Source: a virus
Lineage: Duplodnaviria > Caudoviricetes
DNA length: 42,674 nucleotides
Virus record (IMG/VR): IMGVR_UViG_3300038674_000192
Span: 1 to 42,674 of that record
Direction: 5' to 3' (one strand)
The translations under genes were made by a program, and so were the position numbers. Below are positions 37,112-42,674 of this stretch, piece by piece; positions within the stretch are counted from its first letter, which is position 1; each line of letters opens with the position of its first letter. The notes beneath the pieces were generated by a model, which was given only the letters and a program-made list of their open reading frames with translations, was not told where the DNA came from and did no database searches.

Positions 37112-39172
37112 TTACGCCGCCTTCATGCAGCGGTCGGCAAGGCCCTTGATCGTCTGGCAGTCCTGCGGGCTGGCTTTCGACAGGATCGTGGTTTCGAGAG
37201 CCAGCTCGACCGCCGTGGCCACGTCGCCCGTCACCTTGTGGAAGAACACGAAACCTTCGGCGGCGGTGATGACGCCACGCGGCGAGCAGGTCTGGTAGAT
37301 GCTGCCGTTGATGAACGCCGCCCGGATTTCGGTGGCGAGGTTGGCGAGGTTCTCGGCCACGTTGGCGGGGATCAGCGGCACCACGTCCTGCACCAACTTG
37401 GCTTCCTCGTCGGGCTTCATGTACTCGAACTCGATCCACACCGTGAAGCGGTCGAGGAACGCCGACGACTGCGGCCGAGCGCCCTGATACGCCCCCATGT
37501 CGTCGCCCTGGCCACGGGTGTTGTCGGTGGCCACCATGCGGAACATCGGGCACGGGTGAACCACCCGGCCGCCGTCTTCCGACAGGAGCAGGCCCTTGTC
37601 TTCGAGCGCCCGCTGGAACACGTACATCACCTCGGGACGGCCGAAGGACACCTCGTCACAGCACAGCACCGCGCCGATACCGCCGAGGGTCATGGCGGTC
37701 GGCAGAATGCCTTCCACGAACTTGGACACGGTGTTGCCGCTGTCGTCCGTAACCAGGGTGTCACGGCCGATCAGGTCCATGCGGGTGATCTCGGAGTCGA
37801 GATTGACTCGCATGAACATGTAGCCGAGGCGGGCGCAGACCTGTTCCACGAACGTCGTCTTGCCGGTGCCGGTGTGGCCATGCAGCCACGCCTTCTTGTT
37901 CTCCCGCATGGCGAACAGGAACTGGAGCAGCTTGCGCGGCTGGAAACGATAGTTCGGATCGAGCAGCGGAACGTGCGGGTTCGGACCGCTCCACTGAATG
38001 GTCGGAACCTCGAATTCCAGGGCGCGGGTCTTCCGCCCGTTCGGACCACGGAAGATGTCCGACGCCTTGACCATCACGATCTTGCCCTCGGGCATCTCGC
38101 CGGACGCCGCGACCTCGGTCGGCATGGGAACCACGGTGCTCGCCGCCAGCTTGAGGCGCTCGACTTCACGCTCCAGGCTGGTGGCCGTCGCCGTCGCCGA
38201 CTTGATCATGTCCAGGATCGCTTCCATCGACTGCACCTTGCCATCGGTGGCCTGCTGAAGCGTGGCGTTGAGGATCGCAGAGAACTCGGGGCGAACGCTG
38301 ATCGTCGGGGCGACGGGCTCAGCCGACGCCGCCGGTTCGGTCGTGGCCGGGGCGTTCGTGTAGTATTCGAGGTGGCTGCTGGCCACGGTACTGGCCACGA
38401 CCCTGCCGCCATCGGTGGCGGGGAGCTTGTGGAACTCGGGGTTCTGATCCGAGAGTTCCATGAGCATCGAGGCCACGCCGTCCTTCTGCTGGTCGTTCAC
38501 GAGTTCGCAGATGTGACCGATGATGGTGGCGCGCTCGTTCTTGGCAATGTCGTCATCGCTGTCCGAGACGGACGAAGCGTACTTGGACTTGCCGAGTTCG
38601 TCGTCGCCAGCGGCGGAGCCCGCGCGGATCACCTGGATACGCTGGGCGGTCAGGATCGAGAACGCATTGACGGCATCGACAACTTTGGCCATTTCGTGGG
38701 TAACTCCCGTTGTGGTGGTCGCGGTCGAGTGGACCGCAGAAGGGGTGTGGACGGTGGTCTTGCCCGCCGCCACGAGTTCGTGATGAATGTCTTTCTGGAC
38801 GAGCGGGTCTTTCACCCAACCCCCATCCGGATTGTCCCAAGCGGCGAAGACCGTCGCTTGGTTAGCGATGTTGACGCCCAGCTGCAACTCGCCCTTGGCA
38901 TCGGTAGCGCTCAGCCTGATGTTCTTGAGCGCCTCGAAGGTAGCGGACATCGACTGAGAACCAGAAACGATAGCGAACAGGGCGCGCGGCGAGATCAGGT
39001 CGCGAAACCCCGATTGGGTGGGCGTGGCGTTCCGCACGACAGAACTGTCGGAGACATTCACCACCTGAGCGAAGTACGTGGTGGGGAAGCCTCCGGCCTT
39101 CATCATGCGGCCAAACGCCTTCCGCATGACGGAACGCTTTTGCGCCGCCGAGAGTGTTTTGAAACTCAGCAT
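37112..39172 (-). CDS. cobS: CobS-like MoxR AAA+ ATPase with a long N-terminal extension
   Basis: GHTGTGKT, RVNLDSEITRMDLIG, CDE, FRMVATDNTRGQGD, FLDRF, SPR motifs. Confidence 0.85.
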   Translation of the reverse strand: MLSFKTLSAAQKRSVMRKAFGRMMKAGGFPTTYFAQVVNVSDSSVVRNATPTQSGFRDLISPRALFAIVSGSQSMSATFEALKNIRLSATDAKGELQLGVNIANQATVFAAWDNPDGGWVKDPLVQKDIHHELVAAGKTTVHTPSAVHSTATTTTGVTHEMAKVVDAVNAFSILTAQRIQVIRAGSAAGDDELGKSKYASSVSDSDDDIAKNERATIIGHICELVNDQQKDGVASMLMELSDQNPEFHKLPATDGGRVVASTVASSHLEYYTNAPATTEPAASAEPVAPTISVRPEFSAILNATLQQATDGKVQSMEAILDMIKSATATATSLEREVERLKLAASTVVPMPTEVAASGEMPEGKIVMVKASDIFRGPNGRKTRALEFEVPTIQWSGPNPHVPLLDPNYRFQPRKLLQFLFAMRENKKAWLHGHTGTGKTTFVEQVCARLGYMFMRVNLDSEITRMDLIGRDTLVTDDSGNTVSKFVEGILPTAMTLGGIGAVLCCDEVSFGRPEVMYVFQRALEDKGLLLSEDGGRVVHPCPMFRMVATDNTRGQGDDMGAYQGARPQSSAFLDRFTVWIEFEYMKPDEEAKLVQDVVPLIPANVAENLANLATEIRAAFINGSIYQTCSPRGVITAAEGFVFFHKVTGDVATAVELALETTILSKASPQDCQTIKGLADRCMKAA

Positions 39173-39189
39173 GTTGACTCCGTGTGTTG

Positions 39190-39217
39190 TGGCCAGCACT
39201 AGATGTAGTGCTGGCCA
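39190..39217. other. Hairpin in the cobS leader
   Basis: TGGCCAGCACTA-GATG-TAGTGCTGGCCA, adjacent to a CACAAC motif. Confidence 0.6.
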
Positions 39218-39226
39218 TCCGTGCGG

Positions 39227-39955
39227 TTACTTGGAGGGCTCGTTGGTTTCGGTGACGCCGCGCGCCGCCATGCTGGCCTTGATGACGTCGATGGCCTCGT
39301 TGGACAGGACCGAGAGTTCGGTGCCGGTGGTGCAGATATCGGCGGCGACGGTCTTCGCCTCGGGCCACACCTCCACGACCTTCTCGAAGGTACGACTGGT
39401 GGAGATCAGGGTGGCGAGGGCGCGGCGAAGCGTCTCCTTCTGCCTGGCCACGGCTTCTTCCGCAGCGGTATGTTCCAGCCGGGCCTCACGATACGCCGTG
39501 TACAGCTTGTACTCCTCGTCGGAAAGGCCGATGGGGCGGTCGTCCGGCGTGATGAAGGGGTACTCGTTGTCCTCGCGCTTGACCCGGCGCTCCATGCCGT
39601 CGATCACCTTGGTCACGCGGCCGCAGAGTTCGTGAATGCGGGTCGGGGAATTGATGTCGTCATCAATGGCCGAGAAGCGTTCGTACCTGTTCCGGTCGTC
39701 CAGGTTGGCCAGATAGACGAACGTGGAGATGTTGGCGCGCCGCCACTTCTTGAGCACAGCGAGTTCCTCGGGCGGGCAGCGCGCGGCGATCTTCTTCTGG
39801 ATCAGGTCGTACATGGTCTTGTACTTGGCGATCACGTCCACCACGGACGCGTCGAGCCGGGCCTGGATGGCCGGATCGACCGGGGTGTCGTCTATGACGC
39901 GCCTGGCCAGGGAGCAGAGGATGTCGCGCTTCTCGTTATTCAGACGGGTAGCCAT
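39227..39955 (-). CDS. Nmad5-like (nucleotide-modification-associated domain 5) protein
   Basis: N-terminal RLNNEKR and C-terminal RTFEKVVEVWPEA pattern. Confidence 0.65.
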   Translation of the reverse strand: MATRLNNEKRDILCSLARRVIDDTPVDPAIQARLDASVVDVIAKYKTMYDLIQKKIAARCPPEELAVLKKWRRANISTFVYLANLDDRNRYERFSAIDDDINSPTRIHELCGRVTKVIDGMERRVKREDNEYPFITPDDRPIGLSDEEYKLYTAYREARLEHTAAEEAVARQKETLRRALATLISTSRTFEKVVEVWPEAKTVAADICTTGTELSVLSNEAIDVIKASMAARGVTETNEPSK

Positions 39956-39993
39956 GATGTGTTCTCCGTTGTGTGTGTTGTGGTGTTGTGGTC

Positions 39994-40734
39994 TTAGGCG
40001 TGACCCGCCGGGGTCATAGCACTGAGGTCGGCGTCGTCATTGCCGGTGGCGGTGCCTTCGCCTTTCGGCTCGGCGGTCCGCTGGATAATCTCCGAGATGT
40101 TGTCGGGCAGGCTAGAGACGAATCCATTGGCGTAGCCGATGGTGTCGCCCACCACCTCGTCGGCCATCTCCTTGAACGCGGCGGAGTCGAGGTCGATGTT
40201 CCTGGCCACGGCCATCGACGCCAGCATCCACGAGATCAGCGAACCAATGAACGCGGTCAGCTTATCGTTGTCGCCGGTCCAGTCCTCACTGGTCAGCATG
40301 CGGGAGGCGATCAGCTGCACCATCACCGAGAGGTCGGTCATGTCGTCCGCCTGGGGCACGAACACCTCGGGGAACGTCAGCTTCTGCATCTCGGCGACGT
40401 GTTCGGGGCCGATAGCGAAGGCCGACACGGGCACGGTGCCGCTGTTCTGTGCGTGCCTCCAGAACCTGTCGGCGGCACGGAACACATCGCTCAGGGTCGT
40501 GTTCGCGAAGTTCGGGGCGAGCTTGTGGTCGGCCGAGAACATCATTATCGACCAGCTCGCGAAGACGGCGTAGCCCGCCAGCTGCGTCATGGCCCTCCGC
40601 ACGTCCTGGAGCGGTGCGCCCTTGCCGCCGGAGGTGAGCGCATCGGCCAGGCCAGCGAAGACCTTGGCCACTTCGTAGGTGGCCTTGATCGTCTCCTCCA
40701 ACGCATGCTCGTTGATCGGCTCCTTCTTGGTCAT
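39994..40734 (-). CDS. Hypothetical protein
   Basis: SD AAGGA; typical codon usage. Confidence 0.7.
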   Translation of the reverse strand: MTKKEPINEHALEETIKATYEVAKVFAGLADALTSGGKGAPLQDVRRAMTQLAGYAVFASWSIMMFSADHKLAPNFANTTLSDVFRAADRFWRHAQNSGTVPVSAFAIGPEHVAEMQKLTFPEVFVPQADDMTDLSVMVQLIASRMLTSEDWTGDNDKLTAFIGSLISWMLASMAVARNIDLDSAAFKEMADEVVGDTIGYANGFVSSLPDNISEIIQRTAEPKGEGTATGNDDADLSAMTPAGHA

Positions 40735-40821
40735 CGTGAAATCCTTTTGCGTTGCGGTGTTGTGCTTGAGCCCCGCCGTCAGGTCACGGCGAGGCCATCG
40801 GTTGTTGGGACCGCTGCCCTA

Positions 40822-41469
40822 CTACCCCTTATTCCCTTCGGGAATAATGTCTGCGTGGGGCGCACCCGCTATGCCTGCACGGTTGGCGTAGACGAAAGCC
40901 GTGATGGTCGTCTCGCCCTTCCTGTCCGGGATGGTGTGGCATTCGATGCGCACGTACTCGGGCTTGCCCGGCAGCTTGGCCAGCAACTCGCCGTACTCGG
41001 ACTCGACCACCTTGTGGATGGCCGCTTCCAACTCGTCGGTGCCGAGCACGAACAGGAAGTCGAAGTCACGCGCCCGCAGCTTGGCCTCGTCGTAGAGGGT
41101 CTTCGCGAACGCACGGCTGACTTCGGCCTGGGACAGATTGGACGGCGCAGCGCAGATCATCCTGTGGTCGCCCTTGTCCTGCACGTTGCCGGTGAGAAAA
41201 CAGATGACTCGCAGGAAGATGATGAACGCCTTGGCCAGCATCACCTTGATACCGAACCTATCGTCCCGCACCCGGATCGGCAACACGCCACGGGTCAGGC
41301 CGAGCCTGAGCAGCGCCCGCACGCCGTGGTGCATGGACACGTACATCCAAGCGAAGACGGCCATGTAGAAGACCGAGAACACCATCACCGTGAGGTGTTC
41401 CTTGGCCGTCCAGTTCGGCAGGTGCAGGCCAAAGAAGCCGAGCACGCCGGAGAAGAACTCGTACACCAT
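40822..41469 (-). CDS. Hypothetical membrane protein
   Basis: ATG 8 nt after the upstream stop with SD GAGGGGG; N-terminal hydrophobic helices. Confidence 0.6.
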   Translation of the reverse strand: MVYEFFSGVLGFFGLHLPNWTAKEHLTVMVFSVFYMAVFAWMYVSMHHGVRALLRLGLTRGVLPIRVRDDRFGIKVMLAKAFIIFLRVICFLTGNVQDKGDHRMICAAPSNLSQAEVSRAFAKTLYDEAKLRARDFDFLFVLGTDELEAAIHKVVESEYGELLAKLPGKPEYVRIECHTIPDRKGETTITAFVYANRAGIAGAPHADIIPEGNKG

Positions 41470-41477
41470 GATATGTG

Positions 41478-42071
41478 TTACCCCCTCTTGATAGCGATCA
41501 TGCCGAGGTGAGCGGCGGTGATCAGGTTGATGTCTTTGAACACGTCCTTGGCCACCAGGTTGGCCATGTAGCCAACGATATCGGTGGTCATCTGGCCAAC
41601 GTCCTTGATCTTGGCGGCGTCCACCCGGATGCCGATCCACCCGGTCTTCCAGGCGTCGGGCTTTTCGAGCGCGACGCTCCCCCGATCCTCGCCGCTGGCC
41701 TTGACCCACAGGTCGGCGTTTTCCAGGCCGAAGGAAATCTTGGCAATGTCGCTGAGGAACCCCTCGTTGCCGAGGATCACGTCCGCCAAGGCCATGATGC
41801 CTTCGGCTGGCACGTCCGACACCGCCCCGCCCCCGAACAGGGGCTCCAGCCTGTCATCGCCACGGAACAGCGGGAGGAGCGGCATGATCCTCTCACCATC
41901 GTCCGAGATGTAGCAGACCACCATCCGCTGCACGCCGCCGACCAGCATCGGCACCATCGCCAACCGCTGTTGTTCGCACCGACGCAGGGCCTCGACCGCC
42001 GAAGCCATCCACGCAAACGGACCAATCTCGGGGTCCGGAACCGGGTGCGACGCGGGCACATGTTCTTCCAT
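41478..42071 (-). CDS. Hypothetical protein, first gene of the leftward accessory operon
   Basis: SD AAGGAG. Confidence 0.7.
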   Translation of the reverse strand: MEEHVPASHPVPDPEIGPFAWMASAVEALRRCEQQRLAMVPMLVGGVQRMVVCYISDDGERIMPLLPLFRGDDRLEPLFGGGAVSDVPAEGIMALADVILGNEGFLSDIAKISFGLENADLWVKASGEDRGSVALEKPDAWKTGWIGIRVDAAKIKDVGQMTTDIVGYMANLVAKDVFKDINLITAAHLGMIAIKRG

Positions 42072-42096
42072 TGTTCGTCTCCTTTTTGCGACGTGA

Positions 42097-42114
42097 TGTA
42101 TGTTTTATCAGACA
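42097..42114. promoter_or_regulatory. Third TGT-N12-ACA operator-like box
   Basis: TGTATGTTTTATCAGACA compared with TGTATCGGAAAGCAGACA at 28516. Confidence 0.5.
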
Positions 42115-42238
42115 CTCATACCCAATGTGGAGCCCCCAAAGCGTGACATAAAAGCCACACTCGGGTGGTTATCCACAAAAAAATGCAGAGAAATGGGCCA
42201 AATGAAAATAAACCCTATTGGTGAGCCCATAAAATCGC

Positions 42239-42267
42239 TTGACACGCAGGTTTTGGCACGGTACTAG
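42239..42267 (+). promoter_or_regulatory. Sigma70-like promoter
   Basis: TTGACA-17 bp-TACTAG. Confidence 0.55.
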
Positions 42268-42273
42268 CTGTTT

Positions 42274-42445
42274 ATGGAGATGGAGATGAGACGTGAGGGA
42301 TGCGGAGCAATCCCGAACGATCCAGACCCAAAGCCGTAGCGCAGGATCGAGCCAGTGGCTCGATACAAGCGGTGTCCGAGACCTTCCGAACCATACCCAC
42401 ACCGTTTCAGGTTCAGCTGCCGCGAAGCGAAAGCAGCTGAACCCT
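42274..42445 (+). ncRNA. Putative structured non-coding RNA
   Basis: Four consecutive stems downstream of a promoter in a region with no credible CDS. Confidence 0.35.
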
Positions 42446-42674
42446 CCGTAAATCACCAGCAATGAAATCCACAAATCGAAACTTACTAATCATTCACTAC
42501 ATACTCTTCTGGTTCTAAGCACCCGTGCGTCCATTTCCCAACGCACATGTTACACAGTAACACTTCCCCTCCGCATAACCCCCGCATCTCTCCCCTTCTC
42601 TCCGCATTGTCCCCGGGCCTTCGCCCCGGCCGCTTCGGGCCGGGCTTCGGCAATCTTCCGCCTCCTCCGCTTCC

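Noticed and set aside
35098-39172. Cobalamin biosynthesis auxiliary metabolic genes
   Set aside because: No cobN or other cob genes; generic MoxR/vWA architecture.
34291-39975. Leader motif interpreted as CsrA/RsmA sites (ANGGA)
   Set aside because: The GGA is simply the SD. The conserved part is the upstream CACAAC, and the primase copy lacks GGA.
42169-42474. 101-aa minus-strand ORF
   Set aside because: Atypical composition, no SD, and it overlaps promoter and hairpin elements.

Overview
A ~42.7 kb, GC-rich segment of a temperate podovirus-like phage. The host is probably an alphaproteobacterium (inferred from the holin families). No terminase, portal, DNA polymerase or RNA polymerase is visible, and the left end starts inside a gene. 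Layout: (i) 1-2.4 kb, a mosaic receptor-binding/holin region carrying a BPP-1-type diversity-generating retroelement (Mtd-like variable region, IMH hairpin, avd) that has lost TR and most of the RT through an internal deletion; (ii) 2.4-25.2 kb (+), virion genes: scaffold, major capsid, adaptor, nozzle, ejection proteins, GNAT, a 3333-aa polyvalent internal virion protein, GH108 endolysin and GTA-type holin; (iii) 25.2-31.3 kb, a Cas4-like/SSB/Sak4 recombination operon divergent from a Cro-like HTH, primase-helicase and resolvase; (iv) a tyrosine integrase and a leftward accessory operon with CobS/CobT-like and Nmad5-like genes; (v) a non-coding right end with structured elements. The best candidate for a new system: no CI repressor is recognisable, but a promoter-seed-terminator unit beside the integrase (~33,030-33,126) could encode a ~60-nt sRNA. 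Its 5' GU-rich seed is complementary to CACAAC(GG) motifs at the ribosome-binding regions of the primase-helicase and most accessory-operon genes, which would make it an RNA-based lysogeny repressor. All family calls come from motif recognition, not database searches.
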